From NCBI GenBank assembly GCA_051652765.1, contig JBOFUV010000048.1, positions 1 to 42,234 of the forward strand: DNA of 42,234 bases, read 5' to 3'. A program made the translations under genes and the position numbers. The notes beneath the pieces are model-generated. The model was not told the origin of the DNA, did not search any database, and saw only the letters and a list, made by a program, of their open reading frames with translations. This document shows, piece by piece, positions 8,604-20,657 of this stretch (positions are counted from its first letter, which is position 1; every line of letters starts with the position of its first letter). The stretch is from Microcoleaceae cyanobacterium (GTDB lineage Bacteria > Cyanobacteriota > Cyanobacteriia > Cyanobacteriales > Microcoleaceae).

Positions 8604-10532
8604 TTAGGGACGCTCAAAACTAGAGGGCGAACGGAAATTCAGCACAGGTTGACCGTCTAAGGCTTGACTCATAAAGTCTCGCCAAACCGGGGCAACGGTC
8701 GTTCCTCCGGTTGCATCTCCCACCAAAGGACTGTAATCATCATTTCCGATCCAGACTGCCGTTGAAAGTTGAGGGGTGTAACCCACAAACCAAACATCTC
8801 GTTCTGAAGAGGTTGTTCCGGTTTTCCCGGCTGCTGGGCGGCCAATTTGAGCCCGTGTTCCTGTGCCGTCTGAGATCACACCCCGAAGAACACTATTCAA
8901 AGATGCCACAGCCCACTGATTCAATACCAATCGAGGCTTGGGTGTATTGTCTAGCAGGATATTTCCCTGACTATCAGTCACCTGAACAATAAAAGTTGTG
9001 TCAGAATGCCACCCTTCATTGGCAAAAGTGGCATAGGCTCCTGCCATTTCCATCGGCGTAACATCGACAGAACCCAAAGGCAAGGAGATAACTGGGTCCA
9101 TCGGGCTCTTAAATCCTAGAATCCGACAGATTTCGACCACTTGATTCAGCCCAACATCTTGACCAATTTTAACGGCTGGAACGTTGAGGGAATTTTCTAG
9201 CGCCGCCCGAACGCTAACTGCCCCAGAATATCCGCCCCCATAGTTTCGCGGCGAATAATACCCATACCCGTCCCGGTAGCTGACGGGACTATCATACACA
9301 GTGGAGTCGGGAGAATAGTTCCCTGAAGCAAATGCCGCATAATATACAAACGGCTTAAAAGCAGAACCGGGCTGCCGTCGAGCCTGAATCGCCCGGTTGT
9401 ATTGACTGGTTTTATAATCTGCACCCCCGACCATGGCCTTGACAAAATGGGTTCGGGGATCAACCGCAGCTAGAGCAATCTGACCCTGATCCCACTCCCG
9501 GTAAAGCCCGCGATAGTAAAGGCGATCACGCCACTTGCTGACGACTTCTTCAGCACTGCGCTGAAAGTTGATATCAATGGTGGTTTGCACTCGCATCCCA
9601 CCTTTGAGCACGGCATCACGGCCAAACCGTTGGGTCAACTCCTGGACTACGGCTTCAGTCACATAGGGCAATTGGCTCTGCTTGAAGGAGGTAACGCTTC
9701 CCACCTTGAGCTGTTGCTTGCGAGCCGTTGCCGCCTCCTGAGGGGTAATCCACTTCAAATATTGCAGCCGGTCTAACACAACAGACTGACGTTGTTTTGC
9801 CTTTTTGTAGTCTACAAATGGGCTATAGTTTTCAGGAGCCGGAATCATCCCGGCCATCATTGAGGCTTCTGATAGGGTTAAATCAGATGCAGATTTATTG
9901 AAGTAGCTCCGAGCAGCAGTCTCCGCTCCATAAAGGTTATGACCCCAGTAAACCTGGTTGAGGTACAACTCCAAAATCTCATCCTTGGACAAAACTTGCT
10001 CGATCCGAATTGCCATAACAGCTTCAGCCGCTTTTCGACTAATGGTGCGGCGCGGTGACAAGAACAAGTTCTTGACGAGCTGCATGGTTAGGGTTGAGCC
10101 CCCTTCTACGGTCTCACCGGTTTCCCAATTTGCCACCAAGGCGCGAATCACCCCCGTTGGATAAATGCCCTTGTGATAGTAAAAGTTGCTGTCTTCGATC
10201 GCCAGAACTGCTCTTTTAAGGTGAGGTGAAATATCGTTGAGGGAAATAACTTCTCGATTGGCCTCGTCATGCAGACTCGCTAAAGGTCTCCCCTGAATGT
10301 CATAAATGTGCGTTGTCTCAGTTGGGGCGTAACTTTGCAGAACCCGAACATCAGGGAGATTGCGAAAGCTGACTGCCAATCCCACTAGCCCGCCAGCAAC
10401 TACGGAACTGGCTAACATTGTAATGCTCAGTAAGGTTCCAGCAGTGACCTTGCTGACAGATTGAACAAAGTCAAACAAACCTGACGATTGCTGTATCCGA
10501 GGCTCTTGTGGAATGGCGTTTGTTGATGACAC
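8604..10532 (-). CDS. Class A penicillin-binding protein 1A
   Basis: Transglycosylase motifs (EDSNFYYH, GGSTLTMQL, YLNQVYWG) and transpeptidase SAFK, SLN, KTG; GTG start. Confidence 0.95.
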   Translation of the reverse strand: MSSTNAIPQEPRIQQSSGLFDFVQSVSKVTAGTLLSITMLASSVVAGGLVGLAVSFRNLPDVRVLQSYAPTETTHIYDIQGRPLASLHDEANREVISLNDISPHLKRAVLAIEDSNFYYHKGIYPTGVIRALVANWETGETVEGGSTLTMQLVKNLFLSPRRTISRKAAEAVMAIRIEQVLSKDEILELYLNQVYWGHNLYGAETAARSYFNKSASDLTLSEASMMAGMIPAPENYSPFVDYKKAKQRQSVVLDRLQYLKWITPQEAATARKQQLKVGSVTSFKQSQLPYVTEAVVQELTQRFGRDAVLKGGMRVQTTIDINFQRSAEEVVSKWRDRLYYRGLYREWDQGQIALAAVDPRTHFVKAMVGGADYKTSQYNRAIQARRQPGSAFKPFVYYAAFASGNYSPDSTVYDSPVSYRDGYGYYSPRNYGGGYSGAVSVRAALENSLNVPAVKIGQDVGLNQVVEICRILGFKSPMDPVISLPLGSVDVTPMEMAGAYATFANEGWHSDTTFIVQVTDSQGNILLDNTPKPRLVLNQWAVASLNSVLRGVISDGTGTRAQIGRPAAGKTGTTSSERDVWFVGYTPQLSTAVWIGNDDYSPLVGDATGGTTVAPVWRDFMSQALDGQPVLNFRSPSSFERP

Positions 10533-10858
10533 GTTGACCTCACTCCCTCCAGAAAAATTTCTTCAAGTTACAGACTGAACGATAGAGGACTGATGTTCAA
10601 GAATCAAAAAGCTCAAGAACTCAATGTCACATCACTGAGTCATAGCATAAAACTAGGTGGTTCTGTAAGGGCAGAGGCAGGATGACTGTAGCCTGCTATC
10701 TAGCCAAAAACAGCTTATAAAACTTTTCTGTTGATGACGATACAAAAGATTCTTGGGTTGATCATGCACCAATTTGTCATAATAGGGAGCGCGGCAGACT
10801 GAAACAGTTAGCTTTAAGAATAGCGGATTTTTTGTTCACTTTACTCTGTTCAGTTGAC

Positions 10859-10915
10859 AAAGGTGTTCCCTGAAAAGCTGCCCTCTGAAAGGTGTTCTCT
10901 GAAAGGTGTTCTTCA
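10859..10915. repeat. 14-bp tandem repeat (AAAGGTGTTCTCTG x~4) upstream of tyrS
   Basis: Read directly from the sequence. Confidence 0.75.
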
Positions 10916-11029
10916 GGAAGAAACGATACTCAAGACTGCTTGAGTTGCTAAAATTCTGCTAAAGACGTTCTAGAGACATTCTAAAAATTACTCCAAGAAG
11001 TCCCCATTCTAGCAAGTATTGCTTCCCCC

Positions 11030-12283
11030 ATGGCTACAGATTTGTCCCCCAAGACGGAACTAACATCCGGAATCTCACTACAAAACCATCCTAAACTGTA
11101 CCGAGGCGTTAGTGAAGTCTTCCCAGAACACCCTGATTCTAAAAACCCTGATGAACACTTGGGACAGCGGATTGCCCAGAGCGATCGCCCCCTCCGAGTT
11201 AAGTTTGGGATTGATCCAACCGGGAGTGAGATTCACCTGGGTCACAGCATTGTGTTTCGGAAGCTGCGGGGATTTCAGGATGCTGGACACACAGCAGTGC
11301 TAATTATTGGTGACTTCACAGCCCAAATTGGTGATCCTACCGGAAAGTCTGAAACCCGAAAGCAGTTGACCCCGGAACAGGTAGAAGCCAATGCCCAAAC
11401 CTATCTAGAACAAGTTCGGCCAATTTTAGACTTTGACACCCTTGGACGATTAGAAATTCGACGGAACTCCGAGTGGTTGTCCAAGCTGGATCTGACCCAA
11501 ATTTTAGAATTGTTGGCAACCATGACCGTTGGTCAGATGTTAGCCAAGGAGGGATTTGCTGAGCGGTATGAAAAAGGCAATCCCATTTACTTACACGAAT
11601 TTCTCTACCCGCTGATGCAGGGCTATGATTCTGTTGCCGTGAACGCAGACGTGGAATTGGGGGGAACGGATCAGAAATTCAATCTCGCTGTCGGTCGGGA
11701 TTTACAACGACATTTTGGTCAGCCTCCCCAGTTCTGTTTGCTCATGCCAATTTTAATTGGGACAGACGGCACGCAAAAAATGTCTAAATCCCTGGGTAAC
11801 TATGTGGGACTCTCTGAAGATCCCCTCAGCATGTATTCCAAACTGGAGAAGATTCCTGATGCCTTGATTAAACAATATTTTGAATTGCTGACTGATTTGC
11901 CCCTGGATCAATTACCTGAAAATCCTCGAGACAAGCAGAAGCAATTGGCCCTAGATATTGTGACTCAATATCATGGAGCGGTAGCAGCCCAAGAAGCTCA
12001 GCAAGCAGCTCTAACCCTTGTTCAAGGGGACGCTAAACAAGCCGATGCCGTGCCTGAGTTTTCCCTTGAAACCATTGAATTTCCAGCAAAGTTGTTTTAT
12101 ATCCTGAGTGCAACGGGCCTTTGCAAGGGCAGTAGTGATGCTCGTCGTCAGATTCAGGGTGGGGCAGTGAAGCTGGATGGCGATCGCCTCTCTGATCCAG
12201 ACTTGGCCTTTGAGTCTATGGCAGTCCTTCAGGATCGAGTGTTGCAAGTTGGGAAGAAAAAGTTTGTTCGATTAGTGGCTTAA
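11030..12283 (+). CDS. tyrS: Tyrosine--tRNA ligase
   Basis: [29 protein letters not shown]-terminal S4 domain. Confidence 0.97.
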   Translation: MATDLSPKTELTSGISLQNHPKLYRGVSEVFPEHPDSKNPDEHLGQRIAQSDRPLRVKFGIDPTGSEIHLGHSIVFRKLRGFQDAGHTAVLIIGDFTAQIGDPTGKSETRKQLTPEQVEANAQTYLEQVRPILDFDTLGRLEIRRNSEWLSKLDLTQILELLATMTVGQMLAKEGFAERYEKGNPIYLHEFLYPLMQGYDSVAVNADVELGGTDQKFNLAVGRDLQRHFGQPPQFCLLMPILIGTDGTQKMSKSLGNYVGLSEDPLSMYSKLEKIPDALIKQYFELLTDLPLDQLPENPRDKQKQLALDIVTQYHGAVAAQEAQQAALTLVQGDAKQADAVPEFSLETIEFPAKLFYILSATGLCKGSSDARRQIQGGAVKLDGDRLSDPDLAFESMAVLQDRVLQVGKKKFVRLVA

Positions 12284-12391
12284 TTGACCAGGAATAAATT
12301 TCCACAATAACAGGTTTCAAGCCTAGCAGGATTAAATCTGCACGATTGAAGAATGCCAGATCAGCCTGAATGAGCCTCGGGCTGAAATCAC

Positions 12392-12453
12392 AAAACCCAA
12401 CACCAATCCGACTCTTAATTTAGAGATTTAGAGATTAATTCGGAGATGTTGGG
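12392..12453 (-). terminator. Long hairpin between convergent tyrS and eno, likely eno terminator
   Basis: CCCAACA..TCCGA..TCGGA..TGTTGGG with TTTT tail on the minus strand. Confidence 0.5.
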
Positions 12454-12497
12454 CTTCAACCTGTTAATTCAACTTGCACAGGGGCTTAACCCTGGTT

Positions 12498-13826
<1,329 letters not shown>

Positions 13827-13970
13827 TTACGGTTAATCAACATCAAGTAATACCCTTGATCAGGAGAGGTTACCAAACCAAGATTTAGGGGCTTGAGAGC
13901 CTATTTGATCAGTCTTGAACTGCAGCAAATAGGTCTCAAACTAGAAAACAGCGGCTTAACGGGTCAGAGA

Positions 13971-14477
13971 TTATGCACTAGGAGAGGAAACATTATGCTT
14001 AGATAGGGTTTCCTGAAGTTGAGTTTCTTCATCCTTGGAAAGGGAAGTCTGGATCACTTTTCCGCCATAGGGAGCAACTTCTTCAAGTACCTTGTCAGGA
14101 GTGACCTTGCGAATCAGAACAAACAAAGCTGAAGTTCCGGGCTGCAATGTTTCTCCTAGCTCCTTCATGAACTTATCATCAACTCCAATATCTGTTAGAG
14201 CACCCCCTAACGCACCGCTAGCGGCACCAACAGCAGCCCCTAGTAAAGGGGACAGGAATAGGGTTCCGATCAATAATCCCCAAAACCCACCGCTGACTGC
14301 TCCGGTAGCCGGAAGATTCATTGCTTGCTTGAGTTTGATCTTGCCCTCTTTATCTTTAACGACGACAGCAGCATCTTCAAGCTCAATCAGGTGCTCTCGC
14401 TGGAGCTTGATCAAGGTCAGCCGAACTTCTTCAGCTTTGAATTCATCATCGTAAGCAATTGCAACTAAGTTACTCAT
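13971..14477 (-). CDS. DUF1269 family membrane protein
   Basis: LEDAAVV, GGFWGLLIG glycine zipper, DIGVDD.F, LQPGTSALF, TSLS. Confidence 0.85.
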   Translation of the reverse strand: MSNLVAIAYDDEFKAEEVRLTLIKLQREHLIELEDAAVVVKDKEGKIKLKQAMNLPATGAVSGGFWGLLIGTLFLSPLLGAAVGAASGALGGALTDIGVDDKFMKELGETLQPGTSALFVLIRKVTPDKVLEEVAPYGGKVIQTSLSKDEETQLQETLSKHNVSSPSA

Positions 14478-14494
14478 GGATTTCTGTTCCTTTG

Positions 14495-14560
14495 AAACTT
14501 TGGACTAAAACTTTGGGCTAAAACTTTAGGCTAAAACCCTGAGCTGAAACTTTGAGACTA
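14495..14560. repeat. 13-bp tandem repeat (AAACTTTGGGCTA x5) just upstream of the DUF1269 gene
   Basis: Five degenerate units. Confidence 0.85.
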
Positions 14561-14783
14561 GGAGTTAACCCACTGGCTTACCGTAATCCCAAAAACCCTT
14601 CGAAGGATAACCCCCAAATTCTGGGGGACCTTAAATATAGTTCCCTCTGAATTTGGCTACGATGTACACATCCGTCGAGCCTAGGGGTTAAGCAGGAAAT
14701 CTGTATACACAGTAGCTCAAATCTGGGGCCTAGGAAAGCGAAACTCATTCAACTGTATCAGTCATGAATATCAGTGAAAGATT

Positions 14784-14814
14784 ACCGTTAAGTCCACATT
14801 GCAGACTTAACGGT
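14784..14814 (-). terminator. Stem-loop after the xfp stop
   Basis: ACCGTTAAGTC-N9-GACTTAACGGT, perfect 11-bp stem. Confidence 0.6.
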
Positions 14815-14831
14815 TGCTTCGCAATCACTTA

Positions 14832-17249
14832 TTAGTAGGGCCATGTCCAGTCCGCAACAGCTTCGTCATCCTTACCATGGGTGTGAGCATAGTTCAGGTT
14901 CTCGATGATGCTGTTCTTCATCCGTTCCTTCACATGAGCAGCGGCTGAACCCAGCTTGGGAACCCAGTTGATCACATCAATCACCAAGTTGAAACGGTCA
15001 ATTTGGTTGTTGATCGCTAGTTCTAGAGGAGTATTGATGTTGCCTTCCTCTTTGTAGCCCCGAACGTGAATTCGTTCTTGGTTAGTCCGGCGGTAGGTGA
15101 GCTTGTGAATCAACCAAGGGTAGCCATGGAAGTTGAAAATGACAGGCTTGTCAGGGGTAAACAAGCTATCAAAGTCCTTATCACTCAAACCATGGGGGTG
15201 CTCACTATTAGGCATCAGCTTGAACAGATCAACCACGTTAATAAATCGGACTTTGATGTGGGGGAACTCTTCCCGCATAATCGCTGTGGCTGCCAATGCT
15301 TCCTTGGTCGGGACATCACCACAACTAGCGATGACTACATCGGGGATATCAGGTTCTACGCCTTGATCATCGTTGCTCGCCCAATCCCAAATGCCAATGC
15401 CCTTGGTGCAGTGCTTAATGGCTTCATCCATGCTGAGGTATTGCAGGTGCTTCTGCTTGTCAGCGACAATGACGTTGACGTAGTTCTTGCTCTTCAAACA
15501 GTGATTACCCACGGAGAGCAGACAGTTCACGTCTGGTGGGAAGTAAACTCGAGTTACACTCGGACTCTTGTTTGTGACTAAGTCAACAAAACCCGGATCT
15601 TGATGGCTGAATCCGTTGTGATCTTGCCGCCAAACGGTAGAGGACAGCAGAATATTCCAAGAGGAGATCGAAGCTCGCCAGGGCACATGTTTCTGACAGA
15701 TATCCAACCACTTGGCGTGCTGGTTGAACATGGAGCCGATGACGTGGGCAAAGGCTTCATAGGTATGGAAGAATCCATGCCGCCCAGTCAACAAATAGCC
15801 TTCCATCCAGCCCACCAGGGTATGCTCGCTCAACATCTCCATGACGCGACCATCAGGAGACAGTTCGCCCCCATCCTCGTCCTCGGGCAAGTAACCCGCC
15901 AACCAAGTTTTCTTACTGACTTCGTAGATTGGGTGCAAACGGTTAGAGGCGGTTTCATCCGGGCCAAAGACTCGGAAGTTAGTCATGTTGTGCTTCATGA
16001 TATCCCGCAGGAAAAAGCCCAAATACTTGGTATTCTCGGCCTCGATGCGACCGTGTCCTTGAGTATCAACCGCATAATCTCGGAAGTCTGGCATCTTCAG
16101 ATCCTTCCGCAACAAACCGCCATTGGCATGGAGATTGGCGCTAATCCGGCGGTTACCGGTAGGAGATAACTCCTGGAGGTCAGGGCGGAGCTTGCCATCC
16201 TCAGTGAACAAATCCTGTGGCTTGTAGCTACGGAGCCAGTCTTCCAATAACTTCAAGTGAGATGGGTTTGTGTGCATGTCTGACATCGGCACTTGGTGCG
16301 ATCGCCAGTAACCCTCTACCTTTTTCCCATCGATCTCCTTAGGTGCTGTCCAGCCCTTGGGAGTTCGGAGGATAATCATGGGCCAACGGGCGCGCTTGGC
16401 TTCTCCAGTGCGACGGGCTTCTTCCTGAATAGCGCGGATCTGGTTAACGCTGTGTTCTAGAGTTGCAGCCATCTTCTGGTGAGTGATGGAAGCGTCGTCT
16501 CCGTCTACGTGCTCCACTACATAGGGGGTGTAGCCGTAGCCCACGAACAGGCTTTCTAGTTCTTCTGGGGTAATGCGCGCCAGAATCGTTGGGTTGGCAA
16601 TCTTGTAGCCATTCAGGTTGAGAATGGGCAAAACCGCACCATCCCGAATCGGATTTAAGAACTTATTGGAGTGCCAAGAAGTTGACAGCGGGCCAGTTTC
16701 GGCTTCCCCATCTCCGGCAACGCCTACCACAATCAAGTCAGGATTGTCAAAGGCTGCACCATAGGCATGGGAAATACTGTAACCCAGTTCACCCCCTTCA
16801 TGGATTGAGCCAGGAGTTTCAGGAGTACAGTGACTTCCGATGTGACCAGGGAAAGAAAACTGCTTGAAGAACTTCTGCAATCCTTCTAAATCTTCACTCT
16901 TGTCTGGATAGACCTCAGAATAAGTTCCTTCCAAATAACAAGGCGCTAGCATTCCAGGAGCACCATGACCGGGCCCTGCCATCATCACAACATCTAGGTC
17001 GAGCTTCTTGATCAAACGGTTCATATGAACATAGACGAAGCTCAGCGCCGTACTTGCTCCCCAGTGACCCAACAGGCGGTACTTCACATGCTCTGCCTTG
17101 AGGGGCTCTCTCAAAAGAGGATTATCCCGCAAATAGATCATGCCTAGGGCCAAAAAGTGGCAAGCGTTCCAATAGTCATGAATCTTGCGAAGCTCATCCT
17201 CATTTAAGGGATTGGTAATCTCTGTTGGAATATTTGATGCTGCTACCAT
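14832..17249 (-). CDS. xfp: Xylulose-5-P/fructose-6-P phosphoketolase
   Basis: [55 protein letters not shown]. Confidence 0.97.
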   Translation of the reverse strand: MVAASNIPTEITNPLNEDELRKIHDYWNACHFLALGMIYLRDNPLLREPLKAEHVKYRLLGHWGASTALSFVYVHMNRLIKKLDLDVVMMAGPGHGAPGMLAPCYLEGTYSEVYPDKSEDLEGLQKFFKQFSFPGHIGSHCTPETPGSIHEGGELGYSISHAYGAAFDNPDLIVVGVAGDGEAETGPLSTSWHSNKFLNPIRDGAVLPILNLNGYKIANPTILARITPEELESLFVGYGYTPYVVEHVDGDDASITHQKMAATLEHSVNQIRAIQEEARRTGEAKRARWPMIILRTPKGWTAPKEIDGKKVEGYWRSHQVPMSDMHTNPSHLKLLEDWLRSYKPQDLFTEDGKLRPDLQELSPTGNRRISANLHANGGLLRKDLKMPDFRDYAVDTQGHGRIEAENTKYLGFFLRDIMKHNMTNFRVFGPDETASNRLHPIYEVSKKTWLAGYLPEDEDGGELSPDGRVMEMLSEHTLVGWMEGYLLTGRHGFFHTYEAFAHVIGSMFNQHAKWLDICQKHVPWRASISSWNILLSSTVWRQDHNGFSHQDPGFVDLVTNKSPSVTRVYFPPDVNCLLSVGNHCLKSKNYVNVIVADKQKHLQYLSMDEAIKHCTKGIGIWDWASNDDQGVEPDIPDVVIASCGDVPTKEALAATAIMREEFPHIKVRFINVVDLFKLMPNSEHPHGLSDKDFDSLFTPDKPVIFNFHGYPWLIHKLTYRRTNQERIHVRGYKEEGNINTPLELAINNQIDRFNLVIDVINWVPKLGSAAAHVKERMKNSIIENLNYAHTHGKDDEAVADWTWPY

Positions 17250-17485
17250 AACTCTGAATCCTGTAAGATGGGACAGTTTTTACTGAGATTCCGGTGTTAT
17301 AGGATGCCCTATAAGCAATAACTTACGTAACACTTGCAACTGATCCTACAACACCTAATTACAAGCAAATCGACGGTTTCAGCCTAGCGATAAATCAGTT
17401 GTTACACAAGCCTTAATTAAAAGTCAAACCGCCCAAATTCGCAAGGTTTTCTTGTTTTCTTTAGGTTTGTTCAAAAGATAACCAA

Positions 17486-17506
17486 ATCTTAACCAAGGTT
17501 TAAGAT
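17486..17506. promoter_or_regulatory. Candidate operator in the divergent xfp / phosphatase-ackA promoter region
   Basis: ATCTTAA-N7-TTAAGAT inverted repeat. Confidence 0.3.
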
Positions 17507-17608
17507 CTTTTTTAGAGCACAATCTCAAATAACTTGATATTTTGGTAGCGGTATTAGTTAACTATCCTTCCTTGGCATTGGTTTGTCCCCAACTGGTTTT
17601 TGCCAAGA

Positions 17609-17664
17609 TCTATGAGTCTAACTATGAGCTTAAAGTCTATGAGTTTAAAGTCTATGAGTTTAAA
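17609..17664. repeat. ~15-bp tandem repeat (TCTATGAGTTTAAAG) ending 3 nt before the ATG at 17668
   Basis: CTATGAG core occurs four times. Confidence 0.85.
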
Positions 17665-17667
17665 ACA

Positions 17668-18306
17668 ATGAGCTTAACCCTATATTTCCTCAGGCATGGA
17701 GAAACAACTTACAGTAAAACAGGAGGATATTGCGGCGCACTTGATCCAGAGTTGACTGCTGAGGGTCTCAAGATGGCAGCACAATTTGCAAACGCTTATC
17801 GTTCTTTGGCTTGGTCTGCTGCCTTTGTCAGCCCTATGAAACGAACCATTTCCACCGCTAAACCTTTGTGTGAGGCTGTGGGGTTAGAGATGGAATTACG
17901 AGAGGGTTTGAAAGAGATTTTTTACGGAAAATGGGAAGGTGAAACCCCTGAAAGTGTCAATCAAAATCATCATGATGACTATGTGCGCTGGCTTACAGAT
18001 CCAGGCTGGAACTCCCCAACGGGAGGCGAGAAAGGAGTGGATGTCTCCCGGCGTTCGTTTTTAGTGATTCAAGAAATTCAGGATCGAATTGCGAGTGGGA
18101 ATGTGCTGGTTGTTTCTCACAAAGCAACCATTCGAGTCATGCTCTGTCGCCTTCTCGGGATTGATATTGGACGGTTTCGGGATCGCATTTCGATGCCCGT
18201 CAGCGGTGTAAGTGTCGTTGAAATGGGACATCATGGGCCCCTGATCCGTAGCTTGGCTGACCGTTCTCACCTTGATGAAAAGTTGCGTTCTCTAGCAGGA
18301 AATTAG
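17668..18306 (+). CDS. Histidine phosphatase superfamily protein (phosphoglycerate mutase-like)
   Basis: LYFLRHGET, SPMKR, LKEI.YG.WEG, VVSHK; start set at MSLTL. Confidence 0.88.
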   Translation: MSLTLYFLRHGETTYSKTGGYCGALDPELTAEGLKMAAQFANAYRSLAWSAAFVSPMKRTISTAKPLCEAVGLEMELREGLKEIFYGKWEGETPESVNQNHHDDYVRWLTDPGWNSPTGGEKGVDVSRRSFLVIQEIQDRIASGNVLVVSHKATIRVMLCRLLGIDIGRFRDRISMPVSGVSVVEMGHHGPLIRSLADRSHLDEKLRSLAGN

Positions 18307-18412
18307 ATTGACAGGAACTTAAGATTTAACTTCAGGAATCGGAAAGAGTGATCAATGACTAATTGTCAAGACTAATTACTAACAGTAAATCACAGCTAAC
18401 CCATAACTCTTT

Positions 18413-19627
18413 ATGAAAATTCTGATTCTAAACGCAGGTTCCAGTTCTCAAAAAAGTTGTCTTTACACCCTAGAAGGAAACAGCTTGCCTCAGCAACATC
18501 CTGAACCCATTTGGGAGGCAACAATTGATTGGACAGCATCCCCAGAGTTTGGCCTGATGAAGGTTAAAGCGAATGAAATTAAACAAGAAATCAAACTTGA
18601 CCCCGGAAAAAAATCCGACGGCATTGCCAAAATGTTAGACACTTTAGTTGAAGGGGAAACAAAAGTTTTAGCGCAGCTTTCTGAAGTTGATGTTGTTGGT
18701 CATCGAGTCGTACATGGAGGGTCAGACTATTCTGAAGCTGTTCAGATTACCCCGGACGTTAAAGCGGCAATTACTCAATTAATTTCCTTGGCTCCTAGTC
18801 ATAATCCAGCTCATTTAGAGGGAATTGAAGCCATTGAAAAAACCTTGGGAAATGTACCTCAAGTGGCAGTATTTGACACGGCATTCCATAGCCAAATGCC
18901 AAAATTCACAGCGGTTTATCCAATTCCCTATGAATGGTTTGAAAAAGGAATTCGTCGCTATGGATTTCATGGAACCAGTCATAGATATTGTGCGAATCGT
19001 GGGGCTCAACTGTTGGGTAAACCCCTAGAAACGGTGCAGTTAGTCACCTGTCATTTGGGGAATGGAGCCTCTTTAGCGGCGATTCGGGGAGGGATTAGTG
19101 TGAATACAACGATGGGATTTACTCCCTTAGAGGGTTTGATGATGGGAACCCGCAGTGGATCAATTGATCCGGCAATTCCAATTTACTGGATGCGAAACTA
19201 CGGGCTGACGGCGGATCAGGTTGATCATTTACTAAACAAAGAGTCTGGATTGAAAGGCATCACCGGAGTGTCAGGGGATATGCGCTACGTCACCGAAGCG
19301 ATGGAAGCAGGGGATGAACAGGCAAAACTTGCTTTTGAAATGTTCATCCATCATCTGAAGACCGCCATTGGATCGATGCTAGGGAGTTTAACGGATCTAA
19401 ATGCCCTCATCTTTTCAGCAGGCATTGGCGAACATTCTACTCTGGTTCGTCAGGCAGCTTGTGCAGGATTAGAATTCCTTGGTGTTAAGCTTGACCCGGA
19501 GAAAAACGAACATTCGAGCATGGACTCAGACATCGCAACGGCAGATTCCAAAGTGCGGATTCTGGTGATTCATACCGAGGAGGATTGGGCGATCGCGACA
19601 GAATGTTGGAATTTACTCCAGCGCTGA
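18413..19627 (+). CDS. ackA: Acetate kinase
   Basis: LNAGSSS.K, GHRVVHGG, VFDTAFH, YGFHGTSH, HLGNGAS, TPLEGLMMGTRSG, TEE. Confidence 0.97.
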   Translation: MKILILNAGSSSQKSCLYTLEGNSLPQQHPEPIWEATIDWTASPEFGLMKVKANEIKQEIKLDPGKKSDGIAKMLDTLVEGETKVLAQLSEVDVVGHRVVHGGSDYSEAVQITPDVKAAITQLISLAPSHNPAHLEGIEAIEKTLGNVPQVAVFDTAFHSQMPKFTAVYPIPYEWFEKGIRRYGFHGTSHRYCANRGAQLLGKPLETVQLVTCHLGNGASLAAIRGGISVNTTMGFTPLEGLMMGTRSGSIDPAIPIYWMRNYGLTADQVDHLLNKESGLKGITGVSGDMRYVTEAMEAGDEQAKLAFEMFIHHLKTAIGSMLGSLTDLNALIFSAGIGEHSTLVRQAACAGLEFLGVKLDPEKNEHSSMDSDIATADSKVRILVIHTEEDWAIATECWNLLQR

Positions 19628-19643
19628 AGTTATCCAGAAAGTG

Positions 19644-20657
19644 TCACCCGGTTGATTCCAATAAATCCCTAGGGCAAAGTTCTAGAAACATACATTCCCA
19701 GACTAATCGCGGTTGAACGTGGCTACGGAGTTGAATTTTGGCCTGTTCTAACCGTTGTAACTGTTGAGCTGTTAGTGCATGGTGGGCTTGGTATCGCCAA
19801 GCCCGTTGCTGCAGGTAGTCCACTAGCCACTGTTGCGCTTCTATATCTAGGGATTGGCTGACCTCTCGCCCTAGTTCCAAGGCAGCTTGTAGAGTTGTGG
19901 GTAGTTGGTGGAGGCGTTGGAACAGTTCAGGGGTATCGGTAGCAATGGCCTGAAGTTGCTGCCAATGGGCGATCGCCTGTCCAGGACTGCCTTGAGCCAT
20001 AGCCAAGATTTCGGGATGACGCAACACATCTTGACATTCTGAGCGTTGCAATACCTCAGCAACATCAGCTTGAGTCAGCCGATAAAACGGAATCTTGGCA
20101 CAGCGAGAAACCAAGGTGGGCAGTAGGACATCAATACCGGGGGCAATCAAGATTAAAGTTGCCTGTCCAGGCTCCTCCAAAGTTTTGAGTAAGGCGTTTG
20201 CTGGAGCCTCTGTCAGGGTTTCAGCCGCTTCAATCACCACCACCAACCGTTTGGCTTCTAGGGGAGAACGGCTGAGAAATTGGCTGATTTCCCGAATTTG
20301 ATCCAGGCGAATCTGGGGGGAAGACTTGCGCTTCAAGCCCGCTTCTTCCATTTCCTTGAGAGAAAACCGTTTCCCTTGATAAGCATAAGTGGGTTCTACC
20401 CAGAGTAAGTCGGGATGATTGCGGTCGAGAAGGCGCTGACGCAATTGTTGCGGTGCACCCCCCGATCTCTGAGTTGTACGAAACATCAACTCAACAAAGC
20501 AACGAGCCGTAAGACCGCGTCCGATCCCTGGGCTGCCCGCAAACAGATAGGCCGGAGCAATTCGATCCCGCTGAACCGCCTGGGTCAAGAGTTCAACCGC
20601 TTGGGGTTGACCGATCAAGTGGGCAAAGGGAGTGCTAGAGCAGTTAACGTCACTCAA
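19644..20657 (-). CDS. holB: DNA polymerase III subunit delta'
   Basis: APAYLFAG..GIGR, NHPDL, ANALLKTLEEP, LLPTLVSRC; TTG start overlaps the pepP TGA. Confidence 0.92.
   Translation of the reverse strand: MSDVNCSSTPFAHLIGQPQAVELLTQAVQRDRIAPAYLFAGSPGIGRGLTARCFVELMFRTTQRSGGAPQQLRQRLLDRNHPDLLWVEPTYAYQGKRFSLKEMEEAGLKRKSSPQIRLDQIREISQFLSRSPLEAKRLVVVIEAAETLTEAPANALLKTLEEPGQATLILIAPGIDVLLPTLVSRCAKIPFYRLTQADVAEVLQRSECQDVLRHPEILAMAQGSPGQAIAHWQQLQAIATDTPELFQRLHQLPTTLQAALELGREVSQSLDIEAQQWLVDYLQQRAWRYQAHHALTAQQLQRLEQAKIQLRSHVQPRLVWECMFLELCPRDLLESTG

Noticed and set aside
10590..10720. Short ORFs or a T-box leader upstream of tyrS
   Set aside because: No T-box motif, RBS or recognisable peptide.
17542..17667. 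N-terminal extension of the histidine phosphatase in the ORF track
   Set aside because: It comes from a TTG start and the 15-bp tandem repeat; the fold begins at MSLTLYFLRHG. Similar over-extensions were trimmed for yvcK, ftsH2, ugd, uxs and cysE.
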